The position numbers and the translations under genes are program-made. A DNA stretch of 64,000 nucleotides, taken from contig CAZGML010000007.1 of NCBI GenBank assembly GCA_964526965.1, forward strand, positions 14,658-78,657. The letters are read 5' to 3'. Source of the stretch: an uncultured Sphaerobacteraceae bacterium (GTDB taxonomy: Bacteria > Chloroflexota > Chloroflexia > Thermomicrobiales > UBA6265). The notes under the pieces are model-generated. The model searched no databases. It had not been told where the DNA came from and saw nothing but the letters and a program-made list of their open reading frames with translations. Shown one piece after another: positions 1 to 8,558 of the stretch. Numbering within the stretch: position 1 is the first letter of the stretch; each line of letters begins with the position of its first letter.

Positions 1-272
1 TTCAGCATTGATCCCATCACGCCACGAAGCATCAATTCGCTTTCGAACGTCAGCGCCATCACTAGCATGTAGTGAGGGGTCTCTTCGTTCGGTTCGATGG
101 GGAAATCACCCCAGTTCAAATCATCTGCCGGTGCGTATCGCCTGGCATACGCAGTTTCCAGACCGGGGATTTGATGCAGGAGTTCGTTAGAATCGGTTTG
201 TGCAGACGTGATCGTTGGCAACAAGGCAGCACCGAAAACACCGGTGATAAACGTTCTTCGGGATAGATACAT
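1..272 (-). CDS. Secreted hypothetical protein, N-terminal part only (gene runs off the left edge). Same family as the 15887-18182 array
   Basis: Open-ended, so absent from the ORF track. Reverse strand from ATG at 272 reads MYLSRRTFITGVFGAALLPTITSAQTDSNELLHQIPGLETAYARRYAPADDLNWGDF...HYMLVMALTFESE. The signal peptide ends in SAQ. The GLETAY.RRY and hhhhh-F-[ED]-S motifs match the N-terminal parts of the 15887, 16710 and 17562 genes. Confidence 0.55.
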   Translation of the reverse strand, partial: MYLSRRTFITGVFGAALLPTITSAQTDSNELLHQIPGLETAYARRYAPADDLNWGDFPIEPNEETPHYMLVMALTFESELMLRGVMGSML

Positions 273-296
273 ATGGCAGATATCGCCTCACGTAAG

Positions 297-330
297 AACC
301 CCCCGAATCGGCGAACCAATCCGGGGGGTT
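297..330 (-). terminator. Intrinsic terminator hairpin after the DUF2795-like gene
   Basis: CCCCCCG (299-305) pairs with CGGGGGG (322-328). On the minus strand it is followed by a TTCTTA tract, immediately downstream of the stop at 344. Confidence 0.6.
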
Positions 331-343
331 GCAATGATTTCGC

Positions 344-598
344 CTAGATTGGCAGTTTTGCTTTCAGGTCATTCAGGGAATCGAATGTGTCCTGGGGAAC
401 CTTCTCCACTGCCTGGATCAGCAGATCGGAAGAACCGTTGGTGCGGAGCGTTTCCAACACCTCTGCCTTGGTGATTGGGAAGGTAAGATCCTTCAGGTCA
501 TCCACGCCAAGGTCGCCGATTTGCGCCTTAATGTCGCTGGAATCCACCTTGCCGTCACCGCCGGTGAGGTCGTTGAACAAACCTTTGATCTTGTCCAT
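344..598 (-). CDS. DUF2795-like small protein
   Basis: Track ORF 344..838 trimmed to the internal ATG at 598, which is preceded by GGAAAGGAACGAG. The product MDKIKGLFNDLTGGDG...LTFPITKAEVLETLRTNGSSDLLIQAVEKVPQDTF has the DUF2795 layout as I remember it (FP.tK.el...a...Ga.d.v...le.lP). Confidence 0.7.
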   Translation of the reverse strand: MDKIKGLFNDLTGGDGKVDSSDIKAQIGDLGVDDLKDLTFPITKAEVLETLRTNGSSDLLIQAVEKVPQDTFDSLNDLKAKLPI

Positions 599-864
599 TT
601 TCTCGTTCCTTTCTCTGCCCAAATGTGTGTACTGGTGATCATTATAGCGTAAAGTATCGCAGTTCGGTCGAACAAAGGCAGAACGGAACACCAGGGAGCA
701 AACAACCTCTGTCGTTGGTGAGATCGGCAACCTGCTGCGGAGAACGACCGTCTTTTCCTTGATGCCCCTGGTTTCGGAGACTTTCTGGCCGGTGAGATTG
801 CTAAAGAATTGTTTGGCTCTATGCATGAATACAGCCATCCTGATTAAGGATGTGCCTGTGGGGC

Positions 865-2133
865 CTATGCCTCTCGCAAGGCGATATCACGTCGCATCCA
901 GGCTCCGTCGAAGCTGATCTTGCCGGCAGCAGCATAGGCTCGATCTCGCGCCGTGGCGATGGATTCACCTGTCCCTACCACGCAAAGCACCCGGCCACCC
1001 GCGGTAACCACATCCTCGCCCTGCCAATCGGTGCCGTTATGAAACACCACGGCAGCCTCAACACCATCGAGGCCGGTGATCACATTGCCCTTGCTGGAGC
1101 TTTCCGGATACCCCGCACTGGCAAGGATCACACCGACGGCTGCACCGGACGACGTTGGACGGCGAAGTTGCTTCAGCGTTCCAGTAGAGACTGCATGGAG
1201 GAGTACTCCCAGATCAGCATCCAAAGTGGGCAGTACTACCTGCGCCTCTGGATCGCCAAAGCGGCAATTGAATTCAATGACTTTTGGCTCACCGTCGCAG
1301 ATCATAAGTCCAGCAAAGAGAATGCCTTTCATCGGCGTGCCGCGCTTCGCCATCTCGGCGATGGTCGGTTGCAGGATTTCGTGTTCGATACGGGCAAGCA
1401 TGGCGTCATCAACGTATTGCGTTGGCGTGTAATTACCCATGCCACCTGTATTGGGGCCGAGATCGTCTTCCCACGCGCGCTTGTAATCGCAACTGGTTCG
1501 TAGGGGCCATATGGTGTTGCCATCGCTGAGGCAGAGAACAGAAACTTCGGGACCCACGAGCCGCTCTTCGATCACGATGGTGCGGCCGGCATCGCCGAAA
1601 CTGCCATCGATCATCATCGAATCCAGGGCTGCGATGGCGGACTGCTCGTCGTCGGCGACCGCTACGCCTTTGCCGCCGGCGAGTCCATCGGCCTTAACGA
1701 CGACTCCATGATCATTGAGCAGTTCGCGGATCGCGCCAACGCCCGCTTCTCGCGTGCTGACCGTGGCGCTGCGGGCAGTGGGCACGTTGGCGGCCGCCAT
1801 TACCTCATTGGCGAAACTCTTGCTGTATTCCAGCCTGGCAGCGGCGCGCGAGGGGCCAGCAACATGGAAGCCCTCAGCTTCCAGGGCATCGGTGAGCCCG
1901 GTTGCCAGTGGATCCTCCGGACCGACGACGACGAGATCGATGGCGTGCTCGTGCGCGATGCTGAGAATGCCAGCCGTATCCATGGGTTGCACGGGCAGGC
2001 ACTCGGCATGGGCGGATATACCGGGATTGCCCGGCGCGCAATAGAGCGCATCCACCACATCACTTTGTGCCAGCTTCCAGCAGACAGCGTGTTCGCGGCC
2101 GCCCTTGCCGATAACCAAAACCCGATACCCCAT
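865..2133 (-). CDS. purD: Phosphoribosylamine--glycine ligase
   Basis: 422 aa. MGYRVLVIGKGGREHAVCWKLAQS N-terminus, ATP-grasp core, C-terminal GGRVLCVVGTG. Full-length PurD pattern. RBS AAAGGAAG upstream. Confidence 0.95.
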   Translation of the reverse strand: MGYRVLVIGKGGREHAVCWKLAQSDVVDALYCAPGNPGISAHAECLPVQPMDTAGILSIAHEHAIDLVVVGPEDPLATGLTDALEAEGFHVAGPSRAAARLEYSKSFANEVMAAANVPTARSATVSTREAGVGAIRELLNDHGVVVKADGLAGGKGVAVADDEQSAIAALDSMMIDGSFGDAGRTIVIEERLVGPEVSVLCLSDGNTIWPLRTSCDYKRAWEDDLGPNTGGMGNYTPTQYVDDAMLARIEHEILQPTIAEMAKRGTPMKGILFAGLMICDGEPKVIEFNCRFGDPEAQVVLPTLDADLGVLLHAVSTGTLKQLRRPTSSGAAVGVILASAGYPESSSKGNVITGLDGVEAAVVFHNGTDWQGEDVVTAGGRVLCVVGTGESIATARDRAYAAAGKISFDGAWMRRDIALREA

Positions 2134-2280
2134 GTATATGCTTCCTTTCGGGAAGTTTGCGCCGTTGCCAGACGACAGGCCACTGTTACCCGTATACTGC
2201 TTTGTGGACTAGATCCGAACGCACCGATTTCACGCTACCGAATCGGAATGGTGCGCAGAACTGATTGAAAGGATACTGAA

Positions 2281-2547
2281 ATGTCGATGGAACTTTCGCC
2301 TGCAGATACCCGAGTTTTCCTCTTTCACAGCAAGAACGCCGCGGCCGATGCCAACGGCGCCATGGATGCGGTGAATACGTGGCTCGGTAAGGATCGCACC
2401 GGATCGCCATACAGCAACCTGAAAGTGCGGGATATCACCGTAACTCCAGACGGCCAGGGCGGAGTGTTCACCAAGGTAGTTTGCACCCTTGGCAAGCTGA
2501 GCGCCGGTAACGTGAGCGGCGGTCGCGATCGCATGGTTGAAGAATAG
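2281..2547 (+). CDS. Hypothetical small protein (88 aa)
   Basis: RBS GAAAGGA lies 7 nt before the ATG. Third codon positions are GC-biased. A 14-bp perfect hairpin terminator follows. No family recognised. Confidence 0.55.
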   Translation: MSMELSPADTRVFLFHSKNAAADANGAMDAVNTWLGKDRTGSPYSNLKVRDITVTPDGQGGVFTKVVCTLGKLSAGNVSGGRDRMVEE

Positions 2548-2568
2548 CCCTGCATTGAGCAAGCAAAA

Positions 2569-2600
2569 GCGGCCCGATCGAGATGACTCGATCGGGCCGC
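2569..2600. terminator. Bidirectional terminator hairpin between convergent genes
   Basis: GCGGCCCGATCGAG (2569-2582), loop atga, CTCGATCGGGCCGC (2587-2600). This is a 14-bp perfect stem. Confidence 0.75.
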
Positions 2601-2615
2601 CTTGTACGCCATCTA

Positions 2616-2894
2616 TTACTGCTGAACAGTATCTGGTGTCAGGCCTTCGGCCTCCAGGTTCTGCTCACCGAAGAAGAAGGATTCCATCTCCTTACGCAGC
2701 ATTTGGCGTGTTTCCAGATCGGCCGGATTCAGGCCATAGTGGTTGATGATGGTCGTCAAGTGGGGCTTCCACATGTCATAGGCTTCAGCTGAAACCTCGT
2801 CGTAAATGCGCTGGCCAAGCTCACCTGAGAACGGTACTGATTCCAGTCCGGGGAGCTCCTTGCCCAACTTGGCGCAATGAACAGTGCGGCTCAT
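2616..2894 (-). CDS. yggX: Fe(2+)-trafficking / oxidative-damage protection protein, YggX family
   Basis: Track ORF 2616..2960 trimmed to the ATG at 2894 (GGAG 6 nt upstream). MSRTVHCAKLGKELPGLESVPFSGELGQRIYDEVSAEAYDMWKPHLTTIINHYGLN aligns by eye with E. coli YggX ([39 protein letters not shown]). Confidence 0.85.
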   Translation of the reverse strand: MSRTVHCAKLGKELPGLESVPFSGELGQRIYDEVSAEAYDMWKPHLTTIINHYGLNPADLETRQMLRKEMESFFFGEQNLEAEGLTPDTVQQ

Positions 2895-3032
2895 GAGTAC
2901 TCCGTAGGGATGCAAACATTTGGCTGCGCGACTACGCAGCAGATACCTCGAGTGTACCAAATACCGGGCAAAATGCTCGGGATTGCACGATTACCAGCAA
3001 CCGGCATGTATTTCTGTAGATACGACATAGCC

Positions 3033-4259
3033 TTAATTCGGCAGAACGATGCTGTTTTCGATTTCGGTGCGGAAGCGACGCTCGGCGGTGAATTGATCGT
3101 ACTCCACATCCTGAATCAGGATAAGGTAGCCATCTGTTCCCGGAATCGCCCGACAATTGACGAAGTACATCATGGGTACCCCATCCTCTTCATACACGAA
3201 GTTCGCAAATGCCTCGTTGCGGTAGACGCCACGGAACGCCCTGCCACTGGAGTCCCGGTCCAGCACAAGATCCAGGCCGCTGGCGCTAGCGGCGAAATCA
3301 ACGCACCCGGCAAGATCGCCAGCATACTGGTTGGTCGCCCAGAGCGTAACGATACTGGTGCCATTACCAACTACGAGCCGTTCATCGCCACCCTCGACGG
3401 ATTCATCCAGGATCTGCCATTCGAGCGGAATCTGGGCGGTGTAGCCATAATTCGGGCTCTTGTAGAGGCTGCCCGAGAGCCCGGTGTCTATCTCGACTCC
3501 GGTGATTTCGGTAGCTTCGGCTGTTTCCTCAACAATTGCCGTTGGATCGGCTGACTGCCCTTCTGTTGATGCATCTTCTGTATCGCTGAATTCGAGCGTA
3601 TCCAGAACATCCAGCGCGTGATCAAGCTCGGTATTGTATGCTCCCGGATTCGATGAGAGCAGCACGATCAGTACAGCATCCTGGCCGGGAATGGGCTCGC
3701 AGCTAATGTAGTCGACCAGCGGACTGGTCTCACCAGAGGCATAGGTATAGTTCAGATTGAAGACGCCCCAGGCGAGATTGTCGCTTTCATAGCGGAGTGG
3801 TTCGCCGTCCTGGCCGATGGCAGGCTCCCAATCCGAGATTGCGGCGGTTTGCGTAGAGTAATATTCCGATTCCCCATCAAGGCAGGCAACGGGGTCACTT
3901 CCGTACGCATCCCATGCCCAGATCGTGAAGGTGCTATTGTCCCGAAAGAGACGAACACCATCCACCGTGCCTTCCTGGATTTCGGAGTCGAGGGCCCAGA
4001 CGTCAGGATCATACTCAACGGAATATCCGTAAACCGGCCCGGTATACGTACCTGCTGGCTGTGAAGCCGGTTCATCCTGCGGGTCCTCCGCGGTTTCATC
4101 AGTGGTGTTGCCAGTGCGCGGGGTGCGGGTGATCTCGGTATCATCCTCCTGCGCGAACCTGAGCGAATCGGCACCGTGAGCACCTGGTGCCACCAGCGCC
4201 AGCATCACCAGGGCAGTGATACATATTCTCAGCAATATGGAGTGGCGGATTCGCCGCAT
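3033..4259 (-). CDS. Secreted hypothetical protein with two copies of a ~150-aa two-Cys domain
   Basis: Signal peptide MRRIRHSILLRICITALVMLALVAPGAHG. Domain 1 is YTGPVYGYSVEYDPDVW...DPVACLDGE...VDYISCEPIPGQDAVLIV...LDVLDTLEF. Domain 2 is YKSPNYGYTAQIPLEW...LAGCVDF...YFVNCRAIPGTDGYLILI. Confidence 0.8.
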   Translation of the reverse strand: MRRIRHSILLRICITALVMLALVAPGAHGADSLRFAQEDDTEITRTPRTGNTTDETAEDPQDEPASQPAGTYTGPVYGYSVEYDPDVWALDSEIQEGTVDGVRLFRDNSTFTIWAWDAYGSDPVACLDGESEYYSTQTAAISDWEPAIGQDGEPLRYESDNLAWGVFNLNYTYASGETSPLVDYISCEPIPGQDAVLIVLLSSNPGAYNTELDHALDVLDTLEFSDTEDASTEGQSADPTAIVEETAEATEITGVEIDTGLSGSLYKSPNYGYTAQIPLEWQILDESVEGGDERLVVGNGTSIVTLWATNQYAGDLAGCVDFAASASGLDLVLDRDSSGRAFRGVYRNEAFANFVYEEDGVPMMYFVNCRAIPGTDGYLILIQDVEYDQFTAERRFRTEIENSIVLPN

Positions 4260-4289
4260 CTACGCTTTCCTTCCCCTCGATGTCCGTTC

Positions 4290-5585
4290 TTATGGTGCGA
4301 ACTCGAGTGTTTCCAGAATATCCAGCACGGCGTCGAGATTGTTGTTGTACTCATCGGGGAACGATGTCATCTGCACGATGAGCACAGCATCTTCACCGGG
4401 GATTGTTTCGCAACTGATGTAATCGACGAATTCCACGTCGGCGCCAGTGGATGAGTGGAACGTGTAACTAAATACTCCCCACGCGAGTTCGTCGCTCTCG
4501 TATTTGAGCGAGTCACCGTTGGCACCAATCGTCAATTCCCAATCACTGATATCTTCGATGTCGCTGCTAAAATAGGCATCCTCGCCTTCGAGGCAGGCAA
4601 CGGGATCGGCACCGTATTCATTTGTGCCGGTGAAGAAAACGGTCGTCGATTCGCCATCGATGCGAACAGAATCAACGGTCGGACTTTCAAACGTATCGAC
4701 CTGGTTCCAGAGTGTGGTGTCGTACGTAAATGTGTACCCCCATACCGGACTGGTGTAGGTTCCGGCGTCGCCTGGTACAGCAACATCCTCTGTTGGTTCG
4801 GTGGTCGGTTCTTCTGTCGGGATTTCCGTTGGCTCAGTAGTCGGCTCTTCCGTGGCCACCGGTGTTTCGGTAGCATCACTGCCCGTGCGTGATGTACGGG
4901 TGATTTCCTCCGTGGGTTCTACCGTGGCCGATCCGGTCAGGTCCTCCGGCTGCTCCGTTGCTTCCGATTCGGTTGTTGCTGCGGGAGTCGTGGACCGGTC
5001 CCGACTACTGCGAGAATCCCGACCAGATGTTTCCGCCGTTGCATCAGCATCGGTACTACCGGCATCATCAGTCAGCCCCGTCAGCACCGGGGATCCATTG
5101 ATGGTGATTTCTTCGCTCGTGATACCGATTGAAGCGGACTGCAGTACCGGTATCGTACTCACGCCGACAAATACTGTGGCGTCACCATTGTTTATCGAGT
5201 GTGCCTCCGAGATGAAGACATCTCCTGTATCTTGCCCCTGCGATATGATGTACGGTGGATTCTCGGAACTGCCATCTTCAATGAGCTCGTCGCCCTCCTG
5301 ATACAGGGACCAGACCACATCCTCCGGCGTTATCATCTGACCATCCTCGATCATAATGATCACCGTGATGCTGCTATCCCTTGTCAGGGCGAGAAATGGG
5401 GAATCTTCTGGCGACGCGTCTACCACCCACTGGTCTGTCCAGGAGATCGTAACTCCGTGTTCCTCATCGGTGTAGCTGGTTTCATCTACCTGGGCGGTAG
5501 CCATTGCAACTCCGGAGAACATGGAGAAAAGCAACGCTGTAACTGCGGTCAGCCTGGTGATGAGATTTCTTGACTGGGTACTCAT
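4290..5585 (-). CDS. Secreted hypothetical protein, paralog of 3033-4259, with a Thr/Glu/Pro-rich linker
   Basis: Track ORF trimmed to the ATG at 5585 (MSTQSRNLITRLTAVTALLFSMFSGVAMATAQ signal peptide). The C-terminal domain YTSPVWGYTFTYDTTLW...DPVACLEGE...VDYISCETIPGEDAVLIV...LDILETLEF is near-colinear with domain 1 of the neighbouring gene. Confidence 0.8.
   Translation of the reverse strand: MSTQSRNLITRLTAVTALLFSMFSGVAMATAQVDETSYTDEEHGVTISWTDQWVVDASPEDSPFLALTRDSSITVIIMIEDGQMITPEDVVWSLYQEGDELIEDGSSENPPYIISQGQDTGDVFISEAHSINNGDATVFVGVSTIPVLQSASIGITSEEITINGSPVLTGLTDDAGSTDADATAETSGRDSRSSRDRSTTPAATTESEATEQPEDLTGSATVEPTEEITRTSRTGSDATETPVATEEPTTEPTEIPTEEPTTEPTEDVAVPGDAGTYTSPVWGYTFTYDTTLWNQVDTFESPTVDSVRIDGESTTVFFTGTNEYGADPVACLEGEDAYFSSDIEDISDWELTIGANGDSLKYESDELAWGVFSYTFHSSTGADVEFVDYISCETIPGEDAVLIVQMTSFPDEYNNNLDAVLDILETLEFAP
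4782..4853 (-). repeat. Coding tandem repeat, 2 x 36 nt (TEEPTTEPTEIP / TEEPTTEPTEDV)
   Basis: Read directly. Units are 4818-4853 and 4782-4817. The amino-acid repeat is conserved while synonymous positions differ. Confidence 0.8.
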
Positions 5586-5879
5586 TATGGGTCGCCTCTC
5601 AGTTCCTGCGAACACTCCAGGGATGGTCTGAAGCGTAAAACGTTGTGGAAGCGGGTGTTGTTCCACTGCATACAGCACCGGCCGCCCAACTGGTCAATAT
5701 CAACTGAGTACTAACAAGGGTTCGGGCGCATTCAAAATCTGTAGCTGCCCCTACTCTATCGTATCCAGCGGCCTTTTCGATGAAAACAGATGCAAACGAC
5801 GCTACAGTATGTGGGAATTTTGTACAGTTCTGGTTATGGCGCACCGGATTCGGATATCCGGGCAGCAAGGAGCACGAGG

Positions 5880-7679
5880 ATGCGACGAGTTTTTCGGCCA
5901 CGGGCAGATAACCAGAACAACCCGGACCAGGTGATTCTCACAGAGCGGCACCAGCAACTGCTCGAACAGGAGCAGCTGATTCTCGAAAAGCTACGAGAAT
6001 CAATGGTTCGTTTCCCGGCAACAGAGGAAGATCTCGATTCGCTCGATTTCGCGACAGCGCAGTTGGGCGAACTGTTCATGCTGGTTATTGTGGGCGAGTT
6101 CAATGCCGGTAAGTCGGCGTTTATCAATGCCTTGGTGGGCGAATCCGTAATGCCGGAAGGGGTTACTCCCACCACAGCCGTTATCAACCTGCTCCGCTAT
6201 GGTGAGGAAGTTAGCGAAAAGCTCCTGCCAGATGGCGTTGTGCTGCGCACCTACCCTGCCGATTTCCTGCAAGAGATTACGGTTGTTGATACCCCCGGAA
6301 CCAACGCCATTATTCGCGAACACGAAGCGCTGACCCAGAGTTTCGTACCGCGCTCCGATATCGTGCTCTTCGTCACATCGGCGGATCGCCCGTTCACCGA
6401 GAGCGAACGCGAATTCATGAGCGCGATTCGGGAATGGGGCAAGAAGATCGTCATCATCCTGAACAAGATCGACCTCATGCGCGATGAGCAGAGTCGGGAT
6501 CAGGTGACGGAATTCGTGCGCGAACGGGTGCAGGAGTTCCTCGGGTTCAAGCCGGATGTCTTCCCGGTCAGTTCCCTGCTGGCGCAGCAGGCAAAGGCGC
6601 TGGAGGAGAGTAATCCGCCTGAGGGCGAGCGCCTTTGGCAAGCGAGCCAGTTCGAGGCGTTGGAAACATATGTTGTTGAAACACTGGATGAGGAGAGTCG
6701 CATTCGGCTCAAGCTGCTGAACCCGTTGGGCGTGGCGGATCATCTCAGCGATCGCTACCTGCACCTGACGCAGGATCGGCTTTCGGTGATTGCCGATGAC
6801 CTCAAAACCATCGACAACATCGAGCGCCAGCTCGCTCTCTATAAAGAAGATATGCGCAAGCAGTTCGAGTTTCATCTCACGCGTGTGGAAAACGTCATTC
6901 ATCGCATGAACCAGCGGGGCGATGAGTTCTTCGAAGAGACGATTCGCATCGGCCGCGTTTTCGACCTGATGAACTCGGACAGGATTAAGGCCGAGTTCGC
7001 GCAGAAGGTCATCGGCGATACCGAGCGCGCCATTGATGAAACGATCGATGAACTGATCGACTGGATGGTCGAACAGGATCTACGCGTATGGGAAGCCGTG
7101 AATGAGTATGTGGATCGCCGGCGACTGAACGAATACGCAGAGGAACTGATCGGCGATGTGGGCACGCAGTTCAAGTACGACCGCCGGTCCATGCTGGAGA
7201 GCGTGAGCAAACGCGCGCAGGAAGAGGTGGATCGCTACGATGCTGCCAAACACGCGCACGAGCTTAGCCTTGGCGTACGGAATGCGGTGGCCACGGTGGC
7301 CGTGGCAGAAGCGGGAGCAGTGGGCCTTGGCGCACTGGTGGTGACAGCAGCCAGCTCTGCAGCGGTGGATATCACCGGAATTCTGGCCGCAAGTATCCTG
7401 GCCGGTGTTGGCCTCTTCGTACTTCCGGTGAAGCGGCGCAACGCGCGCAAGGATTTCCATGAACGCAGCACCGAGCTTGAAAAGCGGCTGATGGATGTGA
7501 TGAGCGAACAGTTCGAAAACGAACTCAATCGGTCTGTCGCCCGGATCGCAGATGCGATTTCGCCCTATACCCGCTTTGTGCGCAGCAGCCAGGAAAAGTA
7601 TCAATCCCTGGAAGAGGAGCTGGAAACTGTACGCGGTGACCTGAGCGGAATTCGCCACGCAATTGGCGAAGAATCCTGA
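5880..7679 (+). CDS. Bacterial dynamin-like GTPase with C-terminal membrane hairpin
   Basis: Start at the ATG at 5880 after AAGGAGCACGAGG. G1 GEFNAGKS, G3 DTPG, G4 LNKIDL. Long helical stalk. Hydrophobic paddle VATVAVAEAGAVGLGALVVTAASSAAVDITGILAASILAGVGLFVLPV. Confidence 0.9.
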   Translation: MRRVFRPRADNQNNPDQVILTERHQQLLEQEQLILEKLRESMVRFPATEEDLDSLDFATAQLGELFMLVIVGEFNAGKSAFINALVGESVMPEGVTPTTAVINLLRYGEEVSEKLLPDGVVLRTYPADFLQEITVVDTPGTNAIIREHEALTQSFVPRSDIVLFVTSADRPFTESEREFMSAIREWGKKIVIILNKIDLMRDEQSRDQVTEFVRERVQEFLGFKPDVFPVSSLLAQQAKALEESNPPEGERLWQASQFEALETYVVETLDEESRIRLKLLNPLGVADHLSDRYLHLTQDRLSVIADDLKTIDNIERQLALYKEDMRKQFEFHLTRVENVIHRMNQRGDEFFEETIRIGRVFDLMNSDRIKAEFAQKVIGDTERAIDETIDELIDWMVEQDLRVWEAVNEYVDRRRLNEYAEELIGDVGTQFKYDRRSMLESVSKRAQEEVDRYDAAKHAHELSLGVRNAVATVAVAEAGAVGLGALVVTAASSAAVDITGILAASILAGVGLFVLPVKRRNARKDFHERSTELEKRLMDVMSEQFENELNRSVARIADAISPYTRFVRSSQEKYQSLEEELETVRGDLSGIRHAIGEES

Positions 7680-7752
7680 CCAGTCAATCGACGTATTTCC
7701 GCCGCATCCATGCCTAAGTTGTGGGTTTCTGCCTAAACAATGCCGATGGCCC

Positions 7753-7781
7753 TTGACATCTTGCGGAACAATACGTATAGT
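7753..7781 (+). promoter_or_regulatory. Sigma-70-type promoter candidate for the YceI gene
   Basis: TTGACA (7753-7758), 17-nt spacer, TATAGT (7776-7781). About 90 nt upstream of the ATG at 7876. Confidence 0.55.
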
Positions 7782-7875
7782 TACTTACGAAAGGTAACGG
7801 GGCGACGGGATGTTCCCGAGCTTCGGCCGAGAACAGTTTATTGCTCCGATTTTGGAAAGAGAAGGAACAAATTTC

Positions 7876-8403
7876 ATGGTAAAACTCAACATCGACAACA
7901 GTCACAGTAACGTCAACTTCGTTGTTCGCCACATGGGATTCGCCAAGGTTCGCGGAAGCTTCGACAAGTTCGAAGGAACGGTGAATTTCGACCAGGACAA
8001 CATCGCTAACAGCTCGGTGAATTTCACCGTCGACGCCAACAGCGTCAATACCGCTGACGAAAATCGTGACAATCACCTCCGCTCAAACGATTTCTTCGGC
8101 ACCGAAGAAAACCCAAACCTCACCTTTGTGAGCACCCAGGTAACTCCGGATGGTGATGACGAATTCAAGATCACCGGCGATCTCACCATGAACGGCGTAA
8201 CAAAGCCCGTGACATTCGACGCCGAGTTCAACGGCAGCGGCCAGAGCCCAATGGGTGTGGAAGTCTGGAGCTTCAGCGCTGATGCCACGGTGAACCGCAA
8301 GGACTTCAACATGAACTGGAACGCCGCTGTTGAAGCGGGTGGATTCCTGGTTTCGGACGAAGTCAAGATCGAAATCGAAATCGAAGCCAACCCGGCAGAA
8401 TAG
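7876..8403 (+). CDS. YceI family polyisoprenoid-binding protein
   Basis: Trimmed to the ATG at 7876 (AGAGAAGGAACA upstream). SHSNVNFVVRHMGFAKVRGSFDKFEGTVNFD...ANSVNTADENRDNHLRSNDFF...ITGDLTMNGVTKPV is the classic YceI pattern. No signal peptide. Confidence 0.9.
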   Translation: MVKLNIDNSHSNVNFVVRHMGFAKVRGSFDKFEGTVNFDQDNIANSSVNFTVDANSVNTADENRDNHLRSNDFFGTEENPNLTFVSTQVTPDGDDEFKITGDLTMNGVTKPVTFDAEFNGSGQSPMGVEVWSFSADATVNRKDFNMNWNAAVEAGGFLVSDEVKIEIEIEANPAE

Positions 8404-8426
8404 AACATTCCCCAAACCACTTTGGT

Positions 8427-8469
8427 TCGGCCCCGGACAGTATTGTCCGGGGCCGAGTTGATTTTTCAG
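8427..8469 (+). terminator. Intrinsic terminator after the YceI gene
   Basis: TCGGCCCCGGACA (8427-8439), loop gtat, TGTCCGGGGCCGA (8444-8456), then GTTGATTTTTCAG. Confidence 0.8.
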
Positions 8470-8558
8470 ATGGTTCCCACCACGGTTCTTGCCGGACGAT
8501 TAGACTGTTCTTACGCGAAACTCGCCAAATCTACCCCTGCAAACCGGAAGAGGCGCAT

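Noticed and set aside
2230-2612. Minus-strand ORFs 2230-2562 and 2325-2612, overlapping the 88-aa plus-strand gene
   Set aside because: They have no RBS and their products are not protein-like. They would also run through the strong bidirectional terminator hairpin at 2569-2600.
4782-4853. Tandem nucleotide repeats here and at 16544-16615, considered as possible CRISPR or VNTR elements
   Set aside because: Both lie inside well-supported ORFs and encode in-frame peptide repeats (TEEPTTEPTE and DMDSDLGD). There are only 2-3 units, with no spacers and no cas genes.
6000-6902. 300-aa ORF antisense to the dynamin-like gene. Similar long antisense ORFs occur at 10657-11865, 15722-16639, 16674-17627, 18289-19194, 22532-24061, 28501-29892, 30187-31242, 39387-40238, 42551-43324 and 44021-44875.
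   Set aside because: These are shadow ORFs, typical of GC-rich coding regions. Their products are Arg/His/Gly-rich and non-protein-like. Each lies fully inside a gene on the other strand that has clear family motifs and an RBS.
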